Source: Chrysomallon squamiferum
Lineage: Eukaryota > Animalia > Mollusca
Assembly (NCBI GenBank): GCA_012295275.1
Contig: CM022676.1
Coordinates: 15,624,001-15,688,000, forward strand
Direction: 5' to 3'
Length of the DNA stretch: 64,000 nt
The notes under the pieces were generated by a model. That model was not told the DNA's origin, did not search any database, and saw only the letters and a list, made by a program, of their open reading frames with translations. The position numbers and the translations under genes are program-made. Of the stretch, positions 1 through 12,925 are shown one piece after another; the stretch's first letter is position 1, and each line of letters starts with the position of its first letter.

Positions 1-292
1 AAAATAGCTCTCTCATCTGTAAAACCTTTAACTCCGTATTTGCTATAAGCCAAAATCCTCACAAGATACTTCGTGTCTGATTTAAGAGATGCTATCACTG
101 TTGTATGTGTTGTATGTAGACCACGTTCAAGAAATTTCTCTGTGACGTTGATCCAGTGTGTTGACGTGTTTTCTCTGTACTGTACTATGAATGTTTGCAC
201 GAAGCCGCCGTTATATTCCTCTGTCCAAGACACTGAGATGGCAGAAGAACTGATTCTCTTTATGTTCACATTGGAAGGAATCCTGGGTGGAC
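1..292 (-). CDS. Gene 1 (SRCR-Ig-FN3 receptor): fibronectin type III exon, truncated at the window edge
   Basis: Acceptor AG at 294-293, phase 1. Translates (C)PPRIPSNVNIKRISSSAISVSWTEEYNGGFVQTFIVQYRENTSTHW...LKSDTKYLVRILAYSKYG, with FN3 hallmarks W, Y and L.P/S.T.Y. About 93% identical to 51071-51362. Confidence 0.9.
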
Positions 293-596
293 CTTGCAGG
301 CAAAAACACAGTCAGGCTAATTAACATTGATAAACCTGACCATATTAGAAGTAGAACGAAAACAGTGTACGTATGTTTGTGTGTGTGTCTGTATATGTCT
401 TATCACGTCTCTGTGTGTCTGCCTGTATGAGTGTATATCTGTGTACATATATATAAATGTGCATTCGTTACTTTTCTTTTACTATTACTGATATTCTATT
501 TTGTGATTATTGTATTTTTTGTTTTTGTTAGGTTTAGTTTCCTTTTAGTTTTTAATTTTTTGCATACCAAAATAATTACTGGTGTTAATATCTTAC

Positions 597-875
597 ATTT
601 AACAACAAGCTGCACACTCTGACTGACATCAGACTTGATGTTGTTTCCTGCTTCACAAGTGTAAAATCCTGTATCCAGACATCCAGCTTCATTCCAGCTG
701 TACTCCACTGACTTGGAGTTGTTCACTTCACGTAGAATGTGTGAGTTGTTTAACAGTTTGATGTGAGATGCTGGATTACTGTCAACTTCACACCTCAGAG
801 TCATCGGAGTCAGCTCATCAACTGTTATCTTTGTAGACTTCGAGTTTAACGTCAAAGATGTGATAGAAGTGTGGT
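597..875 (-). CDS. Gene 1: second Ig-like domain exon
   Basis: ttgcag acceptor, gtaag donor, phase 1-1. HTSITSLTLNS...MTLRCEVDSNPASHI...AGCLDTGFYTCEAGN...VQLVVK contains the Ig C and D.G.Y.C motifs. Confidence 0.9.
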
Positions 876-1933
876 CTGCAATGGTAGAAAACATTTTCTG
901 CATGTAAATTCACTGACGTTTGATCTGCAAGTGAAACCAGTCATACACTAGTGATTACTACAACAAAGAGTTTCAGTTGTTTTAGTCGAAAAACGGTTCT
1001 GTATGAGTGCAAATAAAAACATTTTCTACAATACTTTAAGTTTTATTTTCATTTACTAGTACATTAGAATTAACACAGAAAAATCAGGAAAGGTAAGCAT
1101 TATTCATGGTAACTTAATTTAGGAAAAAATATTTATAAATAATTCTTTATTTGTATATAGCTAAAACAAAATCACGTTGAAAACTTTCATAAAAGTACTG
1201 ACAACATGATATGTAAACAGTGTCAGCACATCTACAGCACTATCTAGTCAAACACGTTTCTCCAGTTGACACTGAATTTTTCTATAAAAACCTGTTAAGA
1301 ATTTTGCTTACCACGGTACAAATACGATTAAAAGAGTGAGCAAAACCAACAACCACAAAAAATGATAATGAAATTTAAAATAATAATAATAAATAAATAA
1401 ATACATAAAATAAATAAATTAAATAAAATAAAATAAATAAAAAATACAAAATGAATAATAAAAAGTATTCACTAATAATACTAGAATAATGTTAGAATTT
1501 CAGATAGGAATACAGACTAAATGCAACATAATTTAAAATGTAATGAAAAAAGATATAATTCTGAGTGACAGATTTGTAACATTACTGATTTGGTAATGTA
1601 TGCGAGACAGAAATGGTAAATATTTATAAAGTGAATACATTATATGTATAACATTTTATTTCTTAAATTATTTTATTGAATTTTTGTTTCAAATTTAGTT
1701 AAAAAGAAATAAAATATAGCGAGAACTCTGAAGAATCCGCTGAAAAACTATGTTATTTTAAAATATTTCTATACCTTATTAACATGCTTTCATTTAACAC
1801 ATTTTGTCGAGATCAATTAAAAAAGAAAAGCGGGGATTCGATATTTAACTATTATTTTTATTTTTATTTTATTTTGTTGACATATTATTTTTGTATTCAA
1901 TGCTGTAAGTTTACCTGTGAATTTGGAACTTAC

Positions 1934-2188
1934 AAAGAACTCTAAGGTGGAACTGATTACTTCCTGAGTGTTCAGAACTATTTGCTGTACATGTAAATAA
2001 TTGTCCTGTCTGATTTCTGCTCACATGACGAACAGTTAACTGAGAGCTGTTGACCAAATACCGATCTTCACTTCTCCACGTGTAGACGCAAGATGAGTCA
2101 CAATTAGCAACACAGCCTACATTTAGAGTTTCTCCTTCAACAATGTTTCCTGGAGCTGAAGGAATGAATCTAACAGAAAGGGTTCCAT
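1934..2188 (-). CDS. Gene 1: first Ig-like domain exon
   Basis: ctatag acceptor, gtaagt donor, phase 1-1. GTLSVRFIPSAPGNIVEGETLNVGCVANCDSSCVYTW...VSRNQTGQLFTCTA...FHLRVL(Y). Confidence 0.88.
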
Positions 2189-3000
2189 CTATAGATAAAG
2201 AAATAAAGAAATAAACAGTAGCATTATAAGAACAAATTAAAGGTGTATTCTTAGTGTATTAATTTATTACAGTCAGAAGAAAAAAGAACATGTGTGGAAA
2301 AAAGAATAGATCTTATGGAAAGTAAATTAGAAAAAAAAAACATTATTAAATTCGATGTTTGCTGCAAGTTTAATGTATCTGAAGGTATATTTTCAGTAAA
2401 CGTCATATATTTTCATATGAACAGATGGAATTTCGTACATCACTGCAGGCTGCCCAGGCGTTATAAAATAAATCCAAAAAGAGTAATGAGATGGACCTTT
2501 AAACTGCAGAAGATATGTATATCATATATCAGGAAAAATAAAGAAATGTATATATTTATATATTTACCAATATATAATGTTGTCACATTTACAAATTTTA
2601 AGATGAAGTTAAAATAAACAAAGAAATAAAAATAGAACCACAGTACACATAAATAAATAAATACATTAATTAACTAATATATGAGTTAACAAAATCCAAA
2701 TATAGTAATAAGTAAAGATAACTTTCAATCACATTACGTAATGAATGTTGCTACTAGAGACATTTAACGGATAGTGACATTTGAGTGTAAATTCCCTATC
2801 CAAAATCTAAATTAACGACATAATGTAAGATGTGGTTACAAAATTCGAAAATAAACTTGAGAATTAACAAAGTAAAACTATTTTGTGAGAAGCTGATGAT
2901 TACCCAATTAAATTTACAAATATAATCCTTTGGACAACATGCAACACGTTTTCTTATTAATAGATAGGTAAATAAAATAAAATGTCACATGAAAACTGAC

Positions 3001-3164
3001 ATTGACAGCTGATTCCAGCATCCTCATAGTAAGAACAAAAGTGTCGCCCCCAGCCTGGAAATGAACACTTTTCAACACTATCTTCATCTCCATCACATCC
3101 CAGATCATCAAGCCATATTTGTCGAGTTTCTTCTCTACCACTATGATACTGTGTTGCATTAAAG
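3001..3164 (-). CDS. Gene 1: SRCR7 (type a), 3' half exon
   Basis: FNATQYHSGREETRQIWLDDLGCDGDEDSVEKCSFPGWGRHFCSYYEDAGISCQ; ttaag acceptor, gtcagt donor, phase 2-1. Confidence 0.9.
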
Positions 3165-3476
3165 CTTAAACAAAATTAATAAAATAAATAATGATTCAAC
3201 ATGGATTGCACAACGCCTTCAACAGATTTTCTCGAAGTACTGAAGTTTTCAGAAGACATTTGTTACTTTCTAAGTGATTTCAACTATGTTTAATGTGTGT
3301 GCTTTGCTACCAAAAGGATAGTGTAAATATGGCCAGCGAAATTTGATTATTCGAAGATGACTTGATTATATTTCCCATAACACTCAAGATAATCATTCCT
3401 AGAAATTACTATTGCTGTTACTTTTTGTTGTGATTGGTGTTGTTTCTGCTGCATTTTTCTTCTTGTTCTTATAACA

Positions 3477-3527
<51 letters not shown>

Positions 3528-3685
3528 GATCCTGTCGAAAAGTACTTCACGAATATATCATCAGTAACTGTCAGTAAAATCAAATAAATTCCATCTATAT
3601 AAAATATGTTCGTTCACAAAATAAGTAGTAAATAAATAAATTAAGTAAGTAAGTAAGTAAATATATAAGTAAATGAAACTATTAC

Positions 3686-3830
3686 CGACTAAATCCTAAC
3701 ATGTGACATAAAACAGAAGCATCTTTGTCATCAAAATTACGAGCACAGATTGTTCCCCACGTCCCGTTTACTTGAATCTCAACTCGACCTTGTGTTGGTA
3801 TTCCACTTCCGTTCACTAACCTCACTGGTA
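3686..3830 (-). CDS. Gene 1: SRCR7 (type a), 5' half exon
   Basis: PVRLVNGSGIPTQGRVEIQVNGTWGTICARNFDDKDASVLCHMLGFSR; ttcag acceptor, gtaat donor, phase 1-2. Confidence 0.92.
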
Positions 3831-4020
3831 CTGAAATAATAACAGGCTTATACGTGATCAGTGAGTTACAATATTACAGCTTGTGTATGTTGATAAACGT
3901 ATATACATACATAGCACATTTTTCTTTAAGGAGTAAAAGTAAAGATACGTAAGATGTGGCTGCGTCTCTAACATTGTTATGGTATTTGTCACGGTTATTT
4001 TAATAAACTCAGAAAATAAT

Positions 4021-4060
<40 letters not shown>

Positions 4061-4619
4061 GTAATACTACTACTACTACTACTACTAATAATAATAGTAA
4101 TAATAATAATAAGAAGAAGAAGAAGAAGAACAACAATAATAATAATAATAATACGTATTTCGGTTTGAGACCGCTATAAATGTCCGATCGTTTGTAATCG
4201 AAGGTTTAACGGTGAACATATTCTATAAATAATTGAAACATTTTGATCGGTAGAGGATTGATTCGATATAGCAATCATTTGTTTCTTCAGTATTTAAATT
4301 TTTAGCTTCTGTGTTATTTTAAGTACAGTTCACTGTCCGCCTTATTGGTGTTTAGACTGGTCTACGAATTTTCTCGGGCTTCTTACCATCGTAAAGACAA
4401 TGTCTGACGTCATTTAACGAGGTTTCCTCTTCTAATGGCTGTTCATACATAACAATTTCCCGCCTGTCCTGTAGCTATTAGCAGTTATGTGTGTATGTGT
4501 GTGCAGAAATATTCACAAGCGTTTTGTTACATCTCCTGGTTTGGCCAGAATTAGTCAAATCACTAAATGTTTTCTGATCATACTCGTTAATTTTATTAGT
4601 TCTATATAGTTCTACTTAC

Positions 4620-4795
4620 ACTGATTCAAACAGCTGATTCCCGCGTCTTGATTATGACTACAGTTGTTGTCACCCCAAGTAGAGTATGAACAATAGTCTA
4701 CACGTTCTTCATCTCCCTTACAGTCAAGTCTATCAAGCCAAATAGGTCCACTGCCTTCTCCAAACTGAGATGCCGTATACGACTTGGCTTCGAAA
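4620..4795 (-). CDS. Gene 1: SRCR6 (type c), 3' half exon
   Basis: FEAKSYTASQFGEGSGPIWLDRLDCKGDEERVDYCSYSTWGDNNCSHNQDAGISCLNQ; canonical splice sites. Confidence 0.92.
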
Positions 4796-4925
4796 CTGAA
4801 ATTATGTTAATAATGCGAATAACATCAACATCAACCAGAAAGACAACAACACCAATAACATCAAAGATTACAAATAGAATAATCAGGCTTACTCTTCATA
4901 TTACTAAGGGACTCATTTCCTATAA

Positions 4926-4987
<62 letters not shown>

Positions 4988-5544
4988 ATAAATAAATAAA
5001 TAAATATGACGAGCAATCAAAAGCAATAATTTATTGGCAAATAGTTTTGAATGAATTTTAGGAGATATGCTTTTCTAATAATTTCTAAATAATAATAATT
5101 CACAATTCACTCCTTCTAGATTTTTTACCCACTATTCATTAACTTAAGCAACACACATTACTTTTACATTTAGAAATATTGTTTGATTATAAATTACCAT
5201 AGTTTAGATGTTACGCGAAAGTATAAACATTTTCTCAGTAAAGAAAATGGTCAAAAGAAAATAAGACAAAAACTGATAACTATTTATAATTATTTAACTG
5301 TTACTCATAATCATTTTCCTTCCTAGAAATGCAGGGTAATGATCCTAGAATCTGATGACAGTTTTTTTGTAAACTGGAAAATGAGAATAGGTATTAATTT
5401 AATATTTAAATTAAGATTTGAGAATTTTACGTCTTCCTACATACAACTCTGTAATAACATAACATTTATCCTGTAGATATAGTTTTCCACTGATATATAC
5501 ATATATAAAGATTTAAAAAAAAAAATGTAAGCACATTGATTTAC

Positions 5545-5689
5545 CGACTAAAACCAAGCATATAACAGAACACAGCAGCGTCTCTCTCGTCAAATTCATT
5601 ATCACAGACAGTTCCCCATGTCCCGTTGTTTTCTATTTCAAGTCTGCCTTGTGTTGCAATTCCTCCTCCATTGACAAGTCGAACAGAAA
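5545..5689 (-). CDS. Gene 1: SRCR6 (type c), 5' half exon
   Basis: SVRLVNGGGIATQGRLEIENNGTWGTVCDNEFDERDAAVFCYMLGFSR; 145-nt phase 1-2 exon. Confidence 0.92.
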
Positions 5690-5879
5690 CTGAAATCAGT
5701 TCAAGAAAGGATTAAAAAAGAAAAATACAACAACACTCTAATTTAATAATATATATATAGAAGCACACGCACACACACAAACACACACACGCAATTTTGA
5801 TGGTGATAATTTCACGTTGAGATAGACGACCAAATAATTAGAACACTTTTAATAGTTTCATTATACACTTAATCTTGCA

Positions 5880-5919
<40 letters not shown>

Positions 5920-6004
5920 TTATTTCGCTCAAAGTAAAGTCTAAAATAATATAAGAAAAAATAATACAACTGAAAAAAAAACACAACAGAAAACACAAAC
6001 ATAC

Positions 6005-6180
6005 TGTGAGGGAAGCAGCGTATTCCCAAATCGCGTTTATGACTACACTGTTTTTTACCCCAGTCATAGAAAGAACAGTGATTCACTCCACTTTCATCTT
6101 TAACACAGTTAACATCATCAACCCACACTGGTCCTGTTCCTTCTCCAAACTGAGCATTCTTAAACGTCTTTGCGTTGAAT
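6005..6180 (-). CDS. Gene 1: SRCR5 (type b), 3' half exon
   Basis: FNAKTFKNAQFGEGTGPVWVDDVNCVKDESGVNHCSFYDWGKKQCSHKRDLGIRCFPH; ctag acceptor, gtatg donor. Confidence 0.92.
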
Positions 6181-6378
6181 CTAGTATTTACAAAACACAA
6201 ACTGAGTTTTCTGATCTTGGTTAGTACAAGTATTGGTCAAGCCGTACTATGGGGTAACCTCAATCAAAAATCGTAATATGCAATTTTCATTTAGTTTGTA
6301 TGGCAGAAATATAAACAACCTGATAGTATATCATTGTTTTTAAATTATTGAATTTAACTGAAGGTAAGACATTCTTAC

Positions 6379-6523
6379 TGACTGAATCCTAAAAGTGTAC
6401 AGACAAAACCTGCATCTTTGTCGTCAAATTTGTCACCACAGAAAGTTCCCCATGTATCGTTAAGTTTGATCTCGACTCGACCCTGTGTTGGAATAGCTCC
6501 ACCATTGACTAGTCTGATAGACA
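6379..6523 (-). CDS. Gene 1: SRCR5 (type b), 5' half exon
   Basis: SIRLVNGGAIPTQGRVEIKLNDTWGTFCGDKFDDKDAGFVCTLLGFSQ; ttcag acceptor, gtaag donor. Confidence 0.92.
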
Positions 6524-6646
6524 CTGAAATAAACAATAAATCATTTTATTTTAGTTTTCACAAACTGTCAGAAGGTATTGCTTCTAAGCACCCAAGTAAT
6601 CTTTTCTTATTTTGCCGACCATCTATAAGTAATAATAATAATAATA

Positions 6647-6717
<71 letters not shown>

Positions 6718-7018
6718 AAGAAGAAGAAGAAGAAGAAGAATAACAACAAGAACAATAATAATAATGACAATGATAACGAAAATGTATGCGTCATTCTGCA
6801 GTTCTTTACTTATATACGTTTTATTTTCATGTATTTTGTTTAAAGTTAGAAACATTATTATTATTATTATTATTATTATCATCATCATCATCATCATGAT
6901 TATCATCACCATCATCATCATTAGGATCATTGTTGTTATCATTATTATTACCATTATTGTTAGTGTTCCTGTCTTTTGAACTATGATAATTGAATTAACA
7001 GATGTTTGATTATGTATA

Positions 7019-7120
7019 TCACTGACGGCTGTATTGTACTAAACATATAATTCGCCATAGATCTCTAGATCAGCTTCTCGAGAGATTGTCTGCAATAGCA
7101 TTTGACTTTTATATATATAA
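7019..7120 (-). mobile_element. Short Gypsy-type fragment (RNase H C-terminus plus 3' flank), same family as 10888-12925
   Basis: The minus strand reads KSNAIADNLSRS* (RNase H N..AD.LSR motif). It shares cactgacggctg..tgtactaaacat.taa with 10915-11005. Confidence 0.65.
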
Positions 7121-7375
7121 GCACTGAAACTGAGTTAATAGAAATCTAAATAAAATTGATTTCCTGAATAATTTTATTACGTTTTCAAAGCCAAAATATA
7201 ATGTATTATGAAGATAATCTATCAGAAAAATTAAATCAGCTGTATAATTTGTTTTTATTACTATTAATACATTTCTAATTCGTCTTGATAATGTTTCGTC
7301 TCATTGAAATTCTAAATATTCACGCAAACAAACACAAACAGAGGAAATATTACATTTCACATGTACATAACGAAC

Positions 7376-7539
7376 CTTGACAGCGTATCCCATCATCGGA
7401 AACGTGAGTACAGTACTTGTTTTTCCAAACAGGAATAATACACTCTTCAACAGATCCTTCATTTCCTTCACACTGAAGTCTATCTAACCATATTGGGCCT
7501 GTACCTTCTCCAAAGTATGATCGACCATTTGTTCCGTAA
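7376..7539 (-). CDS. Gene 1: SRCR4 (diverged type a), 3' half exon
   Basis: YGTNGRSYFGEGTGPIWLDRLQCEGNEGSVEECIIPVWKNKYCTHVSDDGIRCQ; ttcag acceptor, gttcg donor. Confidence 0.88.
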
Positions 7540-8340
7540 CTGAAATATATGTCAGATAAATCATGATAAATAGATGATCATCTATTAAACTAAACATCTT
7601 AACAGAATTTAATTTTCACAGTTTATCTTTTAGAATCAGGTTATAATGAAACGAGTGTTTGTTAGAATGAAGAATGACAGAATACATTTTATTAAGTTCA
7701 TTTCAGTCAAAAATAATGAGAAAACAAAATAGGTAGTCTTCTCTTTGAGAACTGCACTATGTAAACTTGTTTTCTTTTTTTTTTCAGTTTGATATTGTTA
7801 GAAGCAACAGGGAAAACTGAGAAAACGTTTTCCTCGTTAATAGTCATAAAAACAAAAGAACACAATAAAAAAAGGAAACAGACAAAATAAAAAACCCCAA
7901 AACAAGCGAAAGGTTTTTAACGCTAACCTTGTAAGTATCATGAAACCAGTCCATCAGTCATTGTGTTACTTAATTAAAAATGTTTATTCCATTAGTGTTT
8001 ACAGAGGAATCGGAGACACAAAATAATATAGTAAAAAAGAATAAGCTAGTTTTGATGATATACAAATCTACAAATATCAAGCAGGTTGAAAGTATGATAA
8101 CTGTATTATTCAAAGAGGAGAATTTACATTAGAAACGAGTCATTATCTTAAATGAACAGGCAAGTTGATAGAAAAATTTCAACACTTACATAGTAATATC
8201 CAACATTCATACAAAATGCTATCATTGAGCAGACAACGCCCGCATCTGTTGTGTCAAAACGTTCATCAGATCATCAGAAATATCGACAATTATACAGTAA
8301 TATATACATTCGACACAGATCAAGTGGCAGATTAATGTAA

Positions 8341-8383
<43 letters not shown>

Positions 8384-8454
8384 GGTGGTGGTAGTAGAAG
8401 CCAATAATACGTTGGTAAAAAGGAATATTGCACAAAAGATTTGTTTTCTTTTAC

Positions 8455-8599
8455 CGACTAAATCCCATCATTGAACAGAGAACACCAAACTCGTTTGTGT
8501 CAAAACCAAATCCACAAATTGTTCCCCACGTCCCGTTTACTTGAATCTCAACTCGTCCTTGTGTTGGTATTCCTCTTCCATTCACTAACCGTACTGGCA
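8455..8599 (-). CDS. Gene 1: SRCR4 (type a), 5' half exon
   Basis: PVRLVNGRGIPTQGRVEIQVNGTWGTICGFGFDTNEFGVLCSMMGFSR; canonical splice sites. Confidence 0.92.
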
Positions 8600-10590
8600 C
8601 TGAAATGATAACATGTTATGTATGATCTGTAACTAACAATAGTATGATGTGTTTAATAAAAACAACAACAAAGAAACAAACAAACGCACATGTACATACT
8701 CATATGACATTTTTTCCCTGTAAAGAAAATTATGAAACAGATATTCGGTAATAAAAGTGAAGTTGGGTAAGATAAAGATACTGCTCACTGAAAAGTTGAA
8801 GTTATATGAACAGACATTTAATTACTGAAATAATAATTCAGCCTGACGCTTTTTATGATTTTTCAAATGTATTTAGTTTCTTTCACAACTGTAGACCAAT
8901 GTAAGTGTAAGTTCTCTTCTTCAAATGAGTGCGTGTTTTGCCTCAGAATTTTACTTTACCGAATCAGTAATCAGAATTGAAATTATTGATAAGGAGATTT
9001 ATTTTTGTTTTAGAAATAACTATTTCTTTTTTTTAACTTTTAAGTAATACTCTATGTGTTCCACTATCGTTACACTATTTTATGAGTTAATTCAATTGGG
9101 ACAATAGGTCTGTTCGGAAATTTAAAAAAACAATTTAAAGTTAACATTTGGTATTAGTGTCAGAAGCTGCCAGTGCATTCCCGTTCAAAAAGCTTATCTG
9201 AAGAAACTGATTGCAACAGATAAAACAGCACGTAATCGTTGTGTCAAAGATACTGTGGGTGAAAAGCAGAACTTCTGTGATTCATACTAAAGTTGTTGTT
9301 TTTTTGTTGTTTTTTTCCTGTAATTATCATTCGTGTTCAACACAGTCCCCCTAGACCATGGTCTGAATATCAGGATGCTACATATAATACAAAAATGTAT
9401 CAGTATCACGAAGTGTATTAAAACGAGCAGTTCGCAGCATCTTCAAGTCGATAAACCATGATTCAGACGCATAAAGATTGGAACATGTTAGACCAAATAA
9501 TGTTCACATTTCTGCTAAACATACTGAATATGTGACTTCAAAAGGATGAACATTTCTGACCTACACTGACATGAATCACTGCGCTATATCTTTTTCATTA
9601 TGTTCCCGCATTTGTTCCAAATTTCGAACATGACACTAAGCAGCTAGCCTGCATTATGAAACCTATTCCATATCCTGATTTCCTCAAGCTACTGCATACC
9701 TATTAATCTTCATTTAGTTTAGAACATTAGAATATCGGTCAAATTTCGACAATTATTAGGACATGTACAAACTGAGTCATGAAAACAAAGGATGTTCATA
9801 TGTTATCCTTTAAATTCACATCGTTAGAAAAAATTAAATAAATTAGACACAATAATGTATCTGTGAAACCATTTATCGAAACTGACCACAGATGCTAATG
9901 TGTGTTCCCATATCATCCTTTGAAATCTTGTCATTAGAAGAAAAAATTAGACATCATAATGGCATCAGCTACTTCTTCAAGATCAAACCTGGATAATAGC
10001 TACAGCTATTGCCACGATCCTCTCCAAGGTTATCTTAAGTATTTCAGACAAAGAAGGGAACATGTAGCAAAATACGTAGCTGCTCCTAATACAGACCAGT
10101 GTACATAGAAGTATGTTACGCAAGGGACACTTCAATTTCAGTCTCTAAGTCCAATGACATGTTTTGAGTGAAGAAAGACTGTAGAGAACTTCCATTCAAC
10201 ATTTACATTGCTAATTTCAGAGTTCCCTGATAGCACTAGTTTTCAACTAAGACACTCAACACGCTATACCATCACAACATCAGATTTAATATCTCGAAAA
10301 CATTATAAAAGCTATAATATGAGAGACATTCTCAGCTAAACGTTTACAGAGTGGAACTAATTCTTTTGTACGAAGGTGAACTTTTAAACATCATTAGTCA
10401 TGCATAGCTTTTGTTACCGAATATTCGTCACTGAATATACTGTCTACATAATTTAAGGTGCGTATGACACATAGATTTCCATATTGTGACGCAAAACCAA
10501 AACAAATTCAAAAAAAAAAAAAAAAAAAAAAAAAAAAACGAAATAAGAAATAAGTTTGGCTGGAAAATGTATTGAAGAAATGTTAAATTT

Positions 10591-10862
10591 TAATTTTGTA
10601 TTAATTGTCCAAATCTCAGTTAGTCTGGTCTGTCTTCGATATTTTTTCACATTATAAACTATAATTTAGTTACATATATATATATTAGTTACATCACATA
10701 GTCGTTCACAATTTCTCTACTATCTTAGAATACACTTGTTATTTGCAGTCTTAAAATGCGTTTCATTGTTTTTGACAATGATTTCAAATTATAGTTTATA
10801 ATGTGAAAAAATATCGAATACAGACCAGACTAACTCAGATTTGGACAATTAATAAAAAATTA
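10591..10862. mobile_element. MITE-like foldback element with ~77-bp inverted arms
   Basis: 10591-10667 is the reverse complement of 10786-10862 with about 3 mismatches. The spacer is ~118 bp, there is no ORF, and the ends are TA-rich. Confidence 0.75.
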
Positions 10863-10887
10863 TATATAATCCTGAAGAATGACATCA

Positions 10888-12303
10888 GCTATGGTGGGGT
10901 GTTTTGGGTGACTCACTGACGGCTGCATGTGTACTAAACATGTAATGCACCATACATCTCTATATCAGCATCTCCAGAGAGTGTCCGCTATAACATTTGA
11001 CTTTCCGTTATGGTTGGTAGAGACCACCACTTGCTTTATTGAAGACTTCTGATGGACACGCACCTGTCTGGCTCAGTTGATTCCACCTGCATATTTCAGC
11101 ACCCAGCCGAAAGCTGTTATCGCCCTTGAGTATTAGTATATCGGGTGCTGTCCAGTGACTGCTGGAATGTTCAGTGACGTTGTTCGTTAACATGAAATCC
11201 ATCTCCTTTTTCGGAATAGCTTAGCTTTCGGGATTGAAACAATAGGCATGTTGATGAATGGGTGTGGCTGTTGGCTCCAACCTGACGTCATGTATCCTCC
11301 AGTGGTTACTGTCAGGAAGCTTTTGCAGATGGACTGATCTTTCTGAATCAGTTTTATGTAATAGTCCTGCTGCGGACGGTCAAGGTGACACACGTAATGG
11401 TTCAGGTTACTCAGGATCTCGTTATTCAGGAACTCACTGTCGTACATTCGTCACAGGCGCTGTGGTGAGTACTCACTTGGACAGGTAACACAGGCAGTCT
11501 GTCTGCATAACGTATTAATAAGTTGATGTGGCAATACTTACGTTTTCTATATCTGTTTGGAGTATTTATTACATAGCCCGTATTACTAACCCTTTCTATG
11601 CAAAACATAATTTCCGAAGTACCTGTTTTGCAAAGAACCCCTACTAGCTATTTTGTCAAACAGAGATTTAATTTCATTTTGAGATTATTTACGATGTTTT
11701 TTAGTTAGTGCAGTAGCCTGCCTGGGTTGGAAACAGTCATTGATTAAATCGTTCCCTTACAACACAGATATCCCTTTAAATGGCAACGCCCATAACTACT
11801 GGACCTGTTAGAAACCTCGAATGTCTGTATACATTTAATAACATGTCCTCTATACTTCCCCAGTAATTATGCACAGTTTCAGAAGTATCAATTTTCGCGA
11901 TTAATTCTACGTGACACTGACCTTCAGATTTCTTTAATTAACTATACTTGAACCGGTATGTTTCAGGACGCAATTCATTTATTCGTAAGACCGCCACTTA
12001 ACCATCTTACACAGTGTACAACTGTGGTCACTGAGATAATTAATTGCATTCGTCACTAGCTTTACCTCTAAATTTCAACATGACCAACAATGCCAACTTT
12101 GTTTCAGTCCAGTCGAACTCTTTAGCTATTTGCTCGAATAGCTGGACAAAAGTATCAATCTGTCCATCTTCACATATTGGTCCTCATCTGTATACTCCTG
12201 ACTTGTTAAAACGACGATTCCCAGTTTCGCTACCTTCTATTGATGAATGTCTCATATCATTCTCTTGTAATCTTAACTCAAGTTCCAGCTCTATTGCCAG
12301 CTT

Positions 12304-12400
<97 letters not shown>

Positions 12401-12439
12401 TCTCTTAGAATCAAATTGGAATCCCTGTGTATGTATCTG

Positions 12440-12470
<31 letters not shown>

Positions 12471-12925
12471 CAGTGCTTACATTTACTGTTCATCAGTGTT
12501 GACATCAGATTCCCACTATTCTTCTCCCACTCTTGTACAGATAATAGCCTACATTTTAATTTGATCTGTCTGATCTCAGATTACCAGCTATTCTCAAAAA
12601 AATCGTTATACTACTTCAATTCATATCTCTCTATCTATCTATCTATCTGTCTATCTATGTATCTATCTATCTATCAATATATATATATATATATATATAT
12701 ATAACTATCCAGCTGACAGTTAGCTGACACGTCTGTCCTGTACGATGTTAAACTGACCTTCCTGTTTCTGTCAACCAAAACGCAATCTCTGCTTATATGG
12801 CCTAGGAAGACCACTTTGGGGGTATCTTAACATTCTTGTCATAGAAGTGGTGCTGCAACTATTTGGAACTTTAGTAGACATCCAGGCGCCATTTGTTCCC
12901 CCCAAAAAACACCTCACTATAGCTT
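10888..12925 (-). mobile_element. Degenerate, internally deleted Gmr1-like Ty3/Gypsy retrotransposon (gag, integrase C-terminus, RT N-terminus, RNase H C-terminus)
   Basis: Gag-like IDTFVQLFEQIAKEFDWTETKLALL...GKA...ELRPETYRFKY (~12180-11900). Integrase tail YVINTPNRYRKRKYCHINLLIRY (~11580-11510). RT start HDV...PIHQHAY...EMDFMLTNNVTEHSSSHWTAP...KGDNSFR (~11290-11100). RNase H end GKSNVIADTLWRC* (~11005-10965). PBS-like TGGCGCC at 12892-12886. Many stops and frameshifts. Confidence 0.85.
12304..12404. repeat. (CT/AG)n microsatellite inside the retroelement gag region
   Basis: About 50 CT units, followed by (AT)n and (CTAT)n runs. Confidence 0.95.

Noticed and set aside
73-324. Plus-strand ORFs 73-324 and 51011-51394 that resemble each other
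   Set aside because: They are antisense shadows of the duplicated FN3 exons.
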